Positions 31,377 through 39,887 of a stretch of DNA of 64,000 nt are shown piece by piece. This DNA is from Candidatus Ratteibacteria bacterium. GTDB lineage: Bacteria; Ratteibacteria; UBA8468; B48-G9; DTJG01. Position numbers and translations under genes: made by a program. Where the stretch lies: the NCBI GenBank assembly GCA_049971295.1, contig JBMFLH010000001.1:2245-66244 (forward strand). Reading direction: 5' to 3'. Every line of letters begins with the position of its first letter. The stretch's first letter is position 1. The notes beneath the pieces were generated by a model. That model ran no database searches and was not told the DNA's origin. It was given only the letters and a program-made list of their open reading frames with translations.

Positions 31377-32625
31377 ACTGGCTTGAAGAAATTTTCTTTA
31401 AGTCGCTGAACATAAAAGCATGAGTTTTTTTGACAGGTGGATACGCAATCTGTTCATAAAGCATCATACATGGAAAAATAGTATCAGTTCCGTACTTTTC
31501 GTTGATTGCATCCATTGCCTTCAACATTTTTTCCCTTTTTTCATTTCCAAAGAAAGACATCTGATATCTTTTATGAATCCCGGAAACACTTACGCCAAGG
31601 AGCCGTAATTTTTTTATAACAGGTTCTGCAAATATAAGAAAACTGGCATACCTGAATATTGTCTGATCATCATTAAACCAGAAAGGATAAGTTTTTCTTT
31701 TTGAAAATGATGTAAAATCACTGTATCTTACAACCACAGTAACAACATTACCATAATAATTTTCCTGTCTCATCCTCATACCAACCTGATGAGAAAGTCT
31801 ACACAGTACACTTAAAATAATATTAATATCATCTGTATCGTCTCTGAGAGTATAGGAGTGCCCAAAAGATTTTGGTTCTGGAGATTGAATATTCACCTTT
31901 GTTTCACCCATGCCATGGCACAGATACCACACCTGTTCACCTCTCACACCGAATTTCTTTTTCAGTAAATTTAATGGAATTTTTTCAATCTGTCCACAAA
32001 ATTCAATCCCCATTAAACTCAATTGTTCTGCCATTTTAGGCCCAATACCAGGCACCTTCTCCACAGGTAATTTTTCCATAAAACGCGGTATCTCATCCTC
32101 CATCACAATCATCAATCCATCAGGTTTACATAAATCAGAAGCAATTTTTGCAACAGTTTTATTGCGGGAAATTCCAACAGAACAGGTAAGTGCTGTCTCT
32201 TTTTTAATTGCATTTTTAATAGAAATCCCAAGTTCTATTAAATGTTCATTGGAAATATTCTCTGAAGATATCTCAAGAAATCCTTCATCTATTGAATAGA
32301 GTTCAACCTTTTCTGTAAAAGTTTTCAAAACATTAAAAATTCTTTGTGATGTATCAATATATTTTTCAGAATTACCCCTCACAATAATTGCCCCCGGGCA
32401 CAGATTTAATCCTTCAATAATACTCATTCCTGATTTCACACCATATTTTTTTGCCTCATAGGAACATGCCGCAATCACAGAATCCCTTGCAGTATTGCCT
32501 GAAACAAACACAGGTTTCCCTCTAAGAAAAGGATTAAATGTCTGTTCCACTGATGCGAAAAATGCATCCATATCAACATGAATAATTATGTTATTCATGT
32601 TATCCATCCATATGAATTCTATCAA
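31354..32625 (-). CDS. dinB: Y-family DNA polymerase (DinB/Pol IV-like), translesion synthesis
   Basis: IIHVDMDAFFASVEQ catalytic N-terminus, SIDEGFLEI motif, little-finger domain. The alternative start at 32607 is equally possible. Confidence 0.85.
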   Translation of the reverse strand: MIEFIWMDNMNNIIIHVDMDAFFASVEQTFNPFLRGKPVFVSGNTARDSVIAACSYEAKKYGVKSGMSIIEGLNLCPGAIIVRGNSEKYIDTSQRIFNVLKTFTEKVELYSIDEGFLEISSENISNEHLIELGISIKNAIKKETALTCSVGISRNKTVAKIASDLCKPDGLMIVMEDEIPRFMEKLPVEKVPGIGPKMAEQLSLMGIEFCGQIEKIPLNLLKKKFGVRGEQVWYLCHGMGETKVNIQSPEPKSFGHSYTLRDDTDDINIILSVLCRLSHQVGMRMRQENYYGNVVTVVVRYSDFTSFSKRKTYPFWFNDDQTIFRYASFLIFAEPVIKKLRLLGVSVSGIHKRYQMSFFGNEKREKMLKAMDAINEKYGTDTIFPCMMLYEQIAYPPVKKTHAFMFSDLKKISSSQFTELQKK

Positions 32626-32848
32626 GTTTCCATTGAAGTTTCACAGGGTCAAAATGAATTTCCCAGATCGCATTATCAGAAGAAACCGCAAAATGAAATA
32701 CTGGATATATCCCACTTTTTGTCATCCATCGATAGGTAATGTTTTCTACTGGAATAATTCTACTATTCCAGAACAGTGAAATAATCTTTATTGTACCTTT
32801 GCCAACAATCCACTTAACCTTTATTGGTTCGTTGACATCTGTAATCAT
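32600..32848 (-). CDS. 82-aa protein of unknown function encoded between lexA and the Y-family polymerase
   Basis: ORF abuts the lexA stop and overlaps the polymerase start. No motif recognised. Confidence 0.4.
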   Translation of the reverse strand: MITDVNEPIKVKWIVGKGTIKIISLFWNSRIIPVENITYRWMTKSGIYPVFHFAVSSDNAIWEIHFDPVKLQWKLDRIHMDG

Positions 32849-33430
32849 TTATACCCTCCGGAACACTCCTATTACTTTTCCAACAATCATATTTTCTTTT
32901 ACTTCCATGGGTTGATAAGAAGGATTCGCCGGTATCAGATAAATTTTATTTTTTATTTTTTTGAAATATTTAACAGTGGCTTCCTCACCTACAACAGCAG
33001 CAACGATATCTCCATTATGAATGTCAACATCTTTTTTTATAATCACATAATCACCATTATAAATATGCGCCTGTTCCATACTATCTCCAGAAACCTTTAG
33101 AGCAAAAACATTTTCAGTATCACTAAAAGAAAATAGAGTTTCTTCAAAAAAATCTTCAATCACAAGAGGTTTACCTGCCGCAATTTTTCCAATCACAGGA
33201 ATTCCGGAAAACTGTGGTAAAAATTTTATTCTCAATGCCCTGGCTCTGCTGGAATCTTTAACCAGATAACCCTTGTTTATTAAACTGCGAAGATGGCATG
33301 TTACCGCATTTGGGCTCTTAAATCCAAAAAATAAACGAATATCCTGAACCGAAGGTGCGTAACCATATTGTTTCATAAATAGAGTAATAAATTTCAAAAT
33401 TTCAGACTGACGCCCTGTTAATTTTTTCAT
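32849..33430 (-). CDS. lexA: LexA repressor (S24 peptidase)
   Basis: N-terminal winged-helix LexA DNA-binding domain. S24 catalytic Ser (GDSM) and Lys (VIIKK). Operator in its own promoter. Confidence 0.85.
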   Translation of the reverse strand: MKKLTGRQSEILKFITLFMKQYGYAPSVQDIRLFFGFKSPNAVTCHLRSLINKGYLVKDSSRARALRIKFLPQFSGIPVIGKIAAGKPLVIEDFFEETLFSFSDTENVFALKVSGDSMEQAHIYNGDYVIIKKDVDIHNGDIVAAVVGEEATVKYFKKIKNKIYLIPANPSYQPMEVKENMIVGKVIGVFRRV

Positions 33431-33447
33431 TTTTAATCCCCGAAAAT

Positions 33448-33476
33448 ATTATACTGTATATTTGTACAGTAGTCAA
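33448..33476 (-). promoter_or_regulatory. lexA promoter with embedded LexA operator. On the minus strand it reads TTGACT-N17-TATAAT, and the CTGT-N8-ACAG box (33454-33469) fills the spacer.
   Basis: Plus-strand TACTGTATATTTGTACAGTA (33452-33471) matches the E. coli SOS-box consensus TACTGTATATATATACAGTA at 18 of 20 positions. The -35 element is at 33471-33476 and the -10 element at 33448-33453. A GGGGA RBS precedes the lexA ATG. Confidence 0.7.
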
Positions 33477-33513
33477 GATGTTATAATTTCCACCCAAAAT
33501 CTTCTGGCAGGTA

Positions 33514-34833
33514 TTATTTCTGAATTAATTGTTGTTCCTGAATTGCCCCACAGCACTGCTTGAAAAACTCAAAAATTTCTCTGGTGGCTTTTCTTGGGCC
33601 TCTCACAATAATACGTACACTTTCTGTGGCAAGCTTCTCGCGAATATCAGGTATAGCCATTGCCATTTCAAGTGGACTTTTCAAATCATATCGTTTTCTA
33701 TTAAAATAAAGGTCTATATTTGCTGAATATCTTGCTGCTATTTGTGTAACAGGCATTACAGGACGCAGATGAAAATCCTCAATTCTATACGGTGAAATCA
33801 CAAATGCCATACTTTCAAGAACATACTCGTCAGGGTCTGTTCCAAGAATCTTAAATATTTCCTCAGCCAGGGCTTTGCCGGATTTTGCGAAATAAAAAAC
33901 AAAAGGAAGGATAAATGATTTCACGCATTCCTTTATATCGTGAAACCGAATTTTTCTTAAACCAGCTCTGTCTTCTGCGATTTTTGTTAATCGCTCTGTA
34001 TGTCTTTCGTAAAAGTGTATCAAACTGCGTGCCATCTCAAGGAGATGTAAGTTAACAGAAATGTGGCCTCTTAATGAATTAAGAATTATCAAGTTCCTGG
34101 CCAAGTCTGTATTTCCGATATATGTATCATACATTGACTGCAACCTGTGATAACCTGAGCGAAAATTCTCAAGACTTTCTTCTGTAATAATTGTTTGCAT
34201 TTCCTTTGTATTCGAAAACATTTCAAGATCCTGTTCCAGGTTAAGAAATTTAAGAAGAAATCCTATAAGCCTATCACGATCTCCGACATCCTGCTGCTCG
34301 ATATCTGAAGGAAGCATTTTTCTATAAGGGAGATCAAAATTAACAGAATGCGAATAGATTTTATCTTTTTCTACAATAATCCTGAGATGTTTTCCCTCAG
34401 AGATAATTTCCTTACCGAAAATTGTCAGAGTTTCAAGCAAAAAAGAAAGATTGTTTCTCAATCCACTCAAAAATTGCTTTTCTTTTGCAATCGGCAGATT
34501 TAACATGTATGAATCATATCTTGAAATAATGTGGAGATTTTGAAAGATAGCCTGAGTAAACCATCTGATTGCGGCTATTAATTCTCTGAAATAAAAAAAG
34601 GTTTTGTTATGGGTAGCCCCATAATCATCAAGAAAACTTTCAATTCTATCGCTTTCTTTAGTAAATGTTACAAAAAACTCTTTACTACAGGTATTGCTGT
34701 GTTTAATAAAATATTCAGTGATCGCAAAGAAATTTGAAGTAATTTCCCTCAGTTTCGGAATAAAGACTTTTTCTATTTCTTTCTTTGTCATTATTTCTTC
34801 AAGAGCCCTTGAAGATTTTCTGGCAATTTTCAT
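33514..34833 (-). CDS. Hypothetical alpha-helical protein (440 aa)
   Basis: Long ORF. Start trimmed to Met at 34833 so it does not overlap tRNA-Ala. No recognisable motif. Confidence 0.5.
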   Translation of the reverse strand: MKIARKSSRALEEIMTKKEIEKVFIPKLREITSNFFAITEYFIKHSNTCSKEFFVTFTKESDRIESFLDDYGATHNKTFFYFRELIAAIRWFTQAIFQNLHIISRYDSYMLNLPIAKEKQFLSGLRNNLSFLLETLTIFGKEIISEGKHLRIIVEKDKIYSHSVNFDLPYRKMLPSDIEQQDVGDRDRLIGFLLKFLNLEQDLEMFSNTKEMQTIITEESLENFRSGYHRLQSMYDTYIGNTDLARNLIILNSLRGHISVNLHLLEMARSLIHFYERHTERLTKIAEDRAGLRKIRFHDIKECVKSFILPFVFYFAKSGKALAEEIFKILGTDPDEYVLESMAFVISPYRIEDFHLRPVMPVTQIAARYSANIDLYFNRKRYDLKSPLEMAMAIPDIREKLATESVRIIVRGPRKATREIFEFFKQCCGAIQEQQLIQK

Positions 34834-34855
34834 AAATACCCCTATAAAAATAAAA

Positions 34856-34930
34856 TGGTGGAGGTAATCGGATTCGAACCGACAACCTTCCGCGTGCAAG
34901 GCGGACGCTCTCCCATTGAGCTATACCCCC
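34856..34930 (-). tRNA. tRNA-Ala (anticodon UGC), CCA encoded
   Basis: Reverse complement gives GGGGGTATAGCTCAATGGGAGAGCGTCCGCCTTGCACGCGGAAGGTTGTCGGTTCGAATCCGATTACCTCCACCA. It has the G3:U70 alanine identity pair, anticodon loop CTTGCAC, and a GTTCGAATC T-loop. Confidence 0.85.
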
Positions 34931-34986
34931 TATGTAATATTATAACTCATTATTGCCTTTCAGTAAACAGAAAAAAAGAATTAAGA

Positions 34987-35016
34987 TTTACAAATTTTAT
35001 TGAAATTGATTATAAT
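34987..35016 (+). promoter_or_regulatory. Candidate sigma70 promoter (TTTACA-N18-TATAAT) for the glycosyltransferase operon
   Basis: TTTACA 34987-34992, TATAAT 35011-35016, about 40 bp upstream of the GT start at 35058. Confidence 0.3.
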
Positions 35017-35057
35017 AACAGAAATTGAAAAAAATCAGGATACCGTAACCGTATCGT

Positions 35058-36395
35058 ATGAATATATTTCTCATCAACTCTTATGATATATTCGGTGGCG
35101 CAGAAAAAATCGCATATGGGCTTACTCAGATTTACCATCGCACCAACCATCGCGCACGTCTCCTCGTGGTACATAAATTTTCTGAAAATCCTCTGGTCAT
35201 TGAAATTCAATATGATAAAGCAATAACTATTCAGAGGAAAATTTTCAGAAAAATTAGTCAACAATATTCAAAACAAGATATCTGGAAAAAAATTTTCAAA
35301 CACCTCGAGCAACCTGGCGGACTATTAAAAATATGCACAGGCAGGGAAAGATACGGCAATACGGGCATTGAGGCCATCATTGATAAAGCCGGCTTTGAAC
35401 CAGATATTATCCACTTTCACAATGTCCGGGAACATCCTTTCGGTCCTGGGTTGATTGATTCTGCGGCAATGAAATTTCCAATTGTCATTACGCTGCACGA
35501 CCTCTGGCTTGTGACAGGAAAATGTATACAATCAGGCCACTGCAATGAATGGAAAAATCAATGCAGAAATTGTCCTGAAGCATGGTTTCCTTCTTTTCTC
35601 ACAAAACGTGGAATATCAAAAAATTTTAAAGAAAAAATGCAATTGATTTCTCAATCAAAACCCTATATATGTGCGCCATCACACTGGCTGATGAACTATG
35701 TCAAAAATTCTTTCATCAGTAAAGTGGCAGCCGGATTAAAAGTAATTCCCAATGGAATAAATCTTTCAATTTTCACACCTGGCAATAAACTTGCAGCAAG
35801 AAAAAAACTTGGATTACCTGAAGACATCAGTATTGTTCTTGCATCTGGGAAAGAACTGAAAACAAATAAATATAAGAATTTTCTGATTCTGAGAAAAATT
35901 GCAATGTTAACAGGGAAGACTTCTCTCCGGAAACCGGTAGTATTTTTGTGTCTGGGAGATTCAGGCCGTTCGGAATTCTATAACAACACAGAAATAAAAT
36001 TTGTACCCTTTGTAAATGACGAAAAAACCGTTGCTGATTATTACAGAGCAACAGATGTATATGTTAGCACCGCAACATTTGAAGCATGGGGTCTCACAAT
36101 TTCAGAAGCCATGGCATGTGGAATTCCAGTTGTTGCCTTTGCAAGTGGCGGCGTAACAGAGCAGATTATGGACGGAAAAACAGGATTTCTCGTACCACCA
36201 GATGAACCAATAAAAATGACGGAAATCATTGCCATGCTACTTAAGAATAAACAATTACATAACACAATATCTGAAAACGCATCAAAGTATGCAGAAAATC
36301 ATTTCGATATTAAAAATACAGCCAAACAATATCTTGAACTATATAACAATCTTATCGTACGAAAAAGAAATGAAGATGATCAGAATAGGTATTGA
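35058..36395 (+). CDS. Glycosyltransferase family 4 (GT-B, group 1)
   Basis: C-terminal EAWGLTISEAMACGIPVVAFASGGVTEQIMDGKTGFLV motif typical of GT4. Confidence 0.8.
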   Translation: MNIFLINSYDIFGGAEKIAYGLTQIYHRTNHRARLLVVHKFSENPLVIEIQYDKAITIQRKIFRKISQQYSKQDIWKKIFKHLEQPGGLLKICTGRERYGNTGIEAIIDKAGFEPDIIHFHNVREHPFGPGLIDSAAMKFPIVITLHDLWLVTGKCIQSGHCNEWKNQCRNCPEAWFPSFLTKRGISKNFKEKMQLISQSKPYICAPSHWLMNYVKNSFISKVAAGLKVIPNGINLSIFTPGNKLAARKKLGLPEDISIVLASGKELKTNKYKNFLILRKIAMLTGKTSLRKPVVFLCLGDSGRSEFYNNTEIKFVPFVNDEKTVADYYRATDVYVSTATFEAWGLTISEAMACGIPVVAFASGGVTEQIMDGKTGFLVPPDEPIKMTEIIAMLLKNKQLHNTISENASKYAENHFDIKNTAKQYLELYNNLIVRKRNEDDQNRY

Positions 36396-37494
36396 TGCAC
36401 ATGCCATTGGCATGAAACAGGGCGGAAACGAAAGATATGTTGAAGGACTTTTGAGAGGACTATCTGAAATGAGCTGTGCAGAATTGAAATTTGTAATTTT
36501 TTTAAACCACAGAGCAAAAATTCCTTCATTTTTGAAATGGCATCCTTGTTTTGAATTTGAAAGAATTTCTTTATCCCCAATCAAAAGGTTAATGCTTGAC
36601 CTGCCATTAAAAACAAAAAGAGCACAGATTGATGTTCTGCATACTCAATATCACATTCCACCCTTTACCCGTATTCCATCTGTAATTACATTGCATGATG
36701 TTTCTTATCTTACTCATCCTGAATTTTTTCCTTTTCCGGAATGGATAAAGATGAAACTCCTTATGCCGTACTCAATAAAAAGAGCAAAAAAAATTATCAC
36801 GGTTTCCAATTTTTCGAGGATGGAAATTTTGAAAAAATACGGCGATATTGACGAAAAAATCTGTATGATTCATAATGGAGTTGATGAACAATTTAAGCCA
36901 TCGGACGAAACAAAAATATTAAAAGTACTTGCAAAGTACAGAATTTCCAGGCCATATATCCTTAGCGTTTCAAATCTCCAGCCAAGGAAAAATCTCCAGG
37001 GTTTGATCAGGGCATTTTCCAGAATACTGAGAAACAATAAAGATTTCCCATGTACACTTGTGATCACAGGAAAAAAACTATGGCTATACGATGAAATTTT
37101 TTCTGCAATAGAGCCAGCGACAAAAGAAAAAATTTACTTCACTGACTATGTTGAAAACAATGATCTTATTGCTCTTTATGGTGGCGCTGAAATGCTGGTT
37201 TATCCGTCGTTCTATGAAGGCTTCGGTCTTCCTGTTCTGGAAGCAATGGCATGTGGTTGTCCTGTAATCGCATCCTCCAAATCCTCTTTACCAGAAATTG
37301 TTGGAAATGCTGGCATTCTGATCAACCCATACAGTGAACAGGAATTATCCTCGGCAATATTAACGTTGCATCAGGACAAGAATCTTCAGAAGGAGTTAAA
37401 AGAAAAAGGTATAAAACAGGCAAAAAAATTTTCATGGGCGGAATGCGCAAGAAAAACAATTGAAGTATACAAAAATATCGTTTCCCTGTTATAA
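36370..37494 (+). CDS. Glycosyltransferase family 4
   Basis: FYEGFGLPVLEAMACGCPVIASSKSSLPEIVGNAGILINP motif. Start trimmed to ATG 36370. Confidence 0.8.
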   Translation: MKMIRIGIDAHAIGMKQGGNERYVEGLLRGLSEMSCAELKFVIFLNHRAKIPSFLKWHPCFEFERISLSPIKRLMLDLPLKTKRAQIDVLHTQYHIPPFTRIPSVITLHDVSYLTHPEFFPFPEWIKMKLLMPYSIKRAKKIITVSNFSRMEILKKYGDIDEKICMIHNGVDEQFKPSDETKILKVLAKYRISRPYILSVSNLQPRKNLQGLIRAFSRILRNNKDFPCTLVITGKKLWLYDEIFSAIEPATKEKIYFTDYVENNDLIALYGGAEMLVYPSFYEGFGLPVLEAMACGCPVIASSKSSLPEIVGNAGILINPYSEQELSSAILTLHQDKNLQKELKEKGIKQAKKFSWAECARKTIEVYKNIVSLL

Positions 37495-37501
37495 TTAAAA
37501 A

Positions 37502-38602
37502 ATGAAAATCGCTATACTTGGAATAAGAGGGATACCAGCCAGGTATGGTGGCTTTGAAACCTGCGCTGAAAAAATCGCAAATTATCTTGGTAAAAAGGGA
37601 CACAGGATTTTTGTGCCGTGTCGGAAATATCTTTATCCTGATAAGCCTTCGCCTGGTGATAATATACAAATTTGTTTTCCATTTTGTATCAGGGGCAAAA
37701 TCACTGAAACGTTTTCTCACACTTTTTTCAGTATGCTAAAAACAATTTTGTGGTCACCAGATGTAATACTTTTATTCAATTCGGCCAATAGTCCTCTGGC
37801 AATTATCGGAAAAATTTGTGGAAAGAAAATCATCATCAATGTCGATGGACTTGAATGGAAAAGACAAAAATGGGGATTTTGCGGAAAAAGTTATTTTAAG
37901 TTCGCTTCCTTTTTCTCTACCATCATCGCCGACTCTATTGTGGCTGATTCCCAAAAAATTGCTGAATATTATTATTCCAGGTTTCGCAGAAAAAGTGTCT
38001 ACATACCATATGGCGCAGATATTTTTTATTCCAGATCACCTGAAATCTTAAAAACATTTGGGCTGAAGCCAAAAACATATTTTTTCAATGGAAGTCGCCT
38101 TGAACCAGAAAATAACCAGGAGTTGATGATAAAAGAATTTCAGTCAATAAGTAGCAACAATGTTCTGGTGCTTACTGGTGATATCAGGAAAAAGAATGTT
38201 TATGTAAAAAACCTTTTCAATCTCGCTTCACAGCAGATAAGATTCATCGGACCTGTATATGAAAAAGAGACATATTTAGAACTGCAGGCAAATTCACTCG
38301 CATACATTCATGGAAACGAAGTCGGTGGAACAAATCCGGCATTACTATCTGCTATGGGTTGCGGAGCACTGATTTTTGCGCTTGACGTACCATTTAACAG
38401 GGAAGTACTTGGTGATTGCGGACTTTATTTCACAAAAAAAACTGGGTCTTTGGCAAATTTGATAAAACAAACCGTTGAAAATCCAGAGAAATTTTCCGCG
38501 CTGGGAGAAAAGGCACGAGAAAGAATAAGACGGTTTTATAAATGGGATGACGTTACCAGTAAATATGAACAATTATTACTTACTATAGGGAACAATGGAT
38601 AG
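37502..38602 (+). CDS. Glycosyltransferase family 4 with DUF1972-type N-terminus (WbaZ-like)
   Basis: N-terminal MKIAILGIRGIPARYGGFETCAEKIA; C-terminal GT4 EX7E-like region. Confidence 0.75.
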   Translation: MKIAILGIRGIPARYGGFETCAEKIANYLGKKGHRIFVPCRKYLYPDKPSPGDNIQICFPFCIRGKITETFSHTFFSMLKTILWSPDVILLFNSANSPLAIIGKICGKKIIINVDGLEWKRQKWGFCGKSYFKFASFFSTIIADSIVADSQKIAEYYYSRFRRKSVYIPYGADIFYSRSPEILKTFGLKPKTYFFNGSRLEPENNQELMIKEFQSISSNNVLVLTGDIRKKNVYVKNLFNLASQQIRFIGPVYEKETYLELQANSLAYIHGNEVGGTNPALLSAMGCGALIFALDVPFNREVLGDCGLYFTKKTGSLANLIKQTVENPEKFSALGEKARERIRRFYKWDDVTSKYEQLLLTIGNNG

Positions 38603-39887
38603 GAAAATTTTTATTCTCCTTGATTTTATCGTGGTAGTGATAAGCATGTTGCTCGGATATGCAATAAGATTTTCATGCAATATTTTCCCGGATAAAGGCA
38701 TTGCTCCCATTATACCATATATCAACATATCAATTTTCGCGGCAATAGTCTGGATTGTTATGTTCAATGTCAACAATATTTATAAAGAACAGAAATTTAT
38801 CAATTTATGTTTTGAATTAAGCAAAATGATTCAGAGCAGTTTTTACTCGGCTTTTATTATCAGTGCGACTACATTCTTTTATAGAGGATTTTATTATTCA
38901 AGAATTGCGGTCGTGCTTGGCATCGCGATTTCCTTTTTTCTTCTAACGCTAATACATCTCATAATGGACGCGATCTTATCAAAAGAGGATGTTACGTTTT
39001 GTTTCGTCGGAAGTGAAAGAGACGCAACTCCACTTGTAAAAAGATTAAAACTTCATGGAACTCCTAAAGAAAAAATCATTTTCTGCCAGTTTGAGAAATT
39101 GCAATGTTTTCTCCAGAATTCACGCAAATCAGATAATCTTCGTGTGATTATTTGTCTTGATGACTTTCAAAAAATCCAGCAAACAGCACAGACGTGTAGT
39201 AAATTCGGAATTCAATACTATATTTATCCAAAAACTTCCAGAATTTTTCTTAGCGGTGGAAGGATAGAAGCAATTTATGGAATCCCTGTGTTCACTACAG
39301 ATGTTTTACCACTGGACCTTTGGCATAATAAGATTATAAAAAGATTTTTTGACATTTTTTTTAGCATGTTATTTCTGACAATGAGCATGCCCATTCTTTT
39401 TCTCATCGTAATTATTATAAAATTCAGTTCTGATGGATCGGTGTTGTTCATCCAGGAAAGAATTGGATACAGAAACAAAAAATTTAAGATTTTTAAGTTT
39501 AGAACAATGGTGAAGGGTGCAGAAAGTATGCTTCCATATACGATTGATAATGACTCAAGAGTGACAAGAATTGGCTCATTGCTGAGGAAATTTAACATTG
39601 ATGAGCTTCCACAGTTGTTTAATGTGCTCAAATCAGATATGAGCATTGTAGGACCCAGACCTCTCTCAGTGGAAGATCGGTTGTTTTTTTCAATCCCTGG
39701 ATTTTATGAACGAATGAAAATTCTACCGGGAATTACGGGGTGGGCGCAGATTCATGGTCTAAAAGGAGGCCAGGTAGAACCTGAAGAAAGGTTCAGATAT
39801 GACCTGTATTATGCAGAAAACTGGAGCATATGGCTTGATTTTGCTATAATAGTATTCACCATTTTTTTGTTCTTCAATAACAAATGA
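38595..39887 (+). CDS. Undecaprenyl-phosphate sugar phosphotransferase (WbaP/CpsE-like initiating transferase)
   Basis: Bacterial sugar transferase motif ([29 protein letters not shown]) preceded by TM helices. Confidence 0.8.
   Translation: [430 protein letters not shown]

Noticed and set aside
34834-34899. N-terminal 22 codons of the 461-aa ORF (MHAEGCRFESDY...)
   Set aside because: They overlap tRNA-Ala on the opposite strand. Trimmed to Met 34833.
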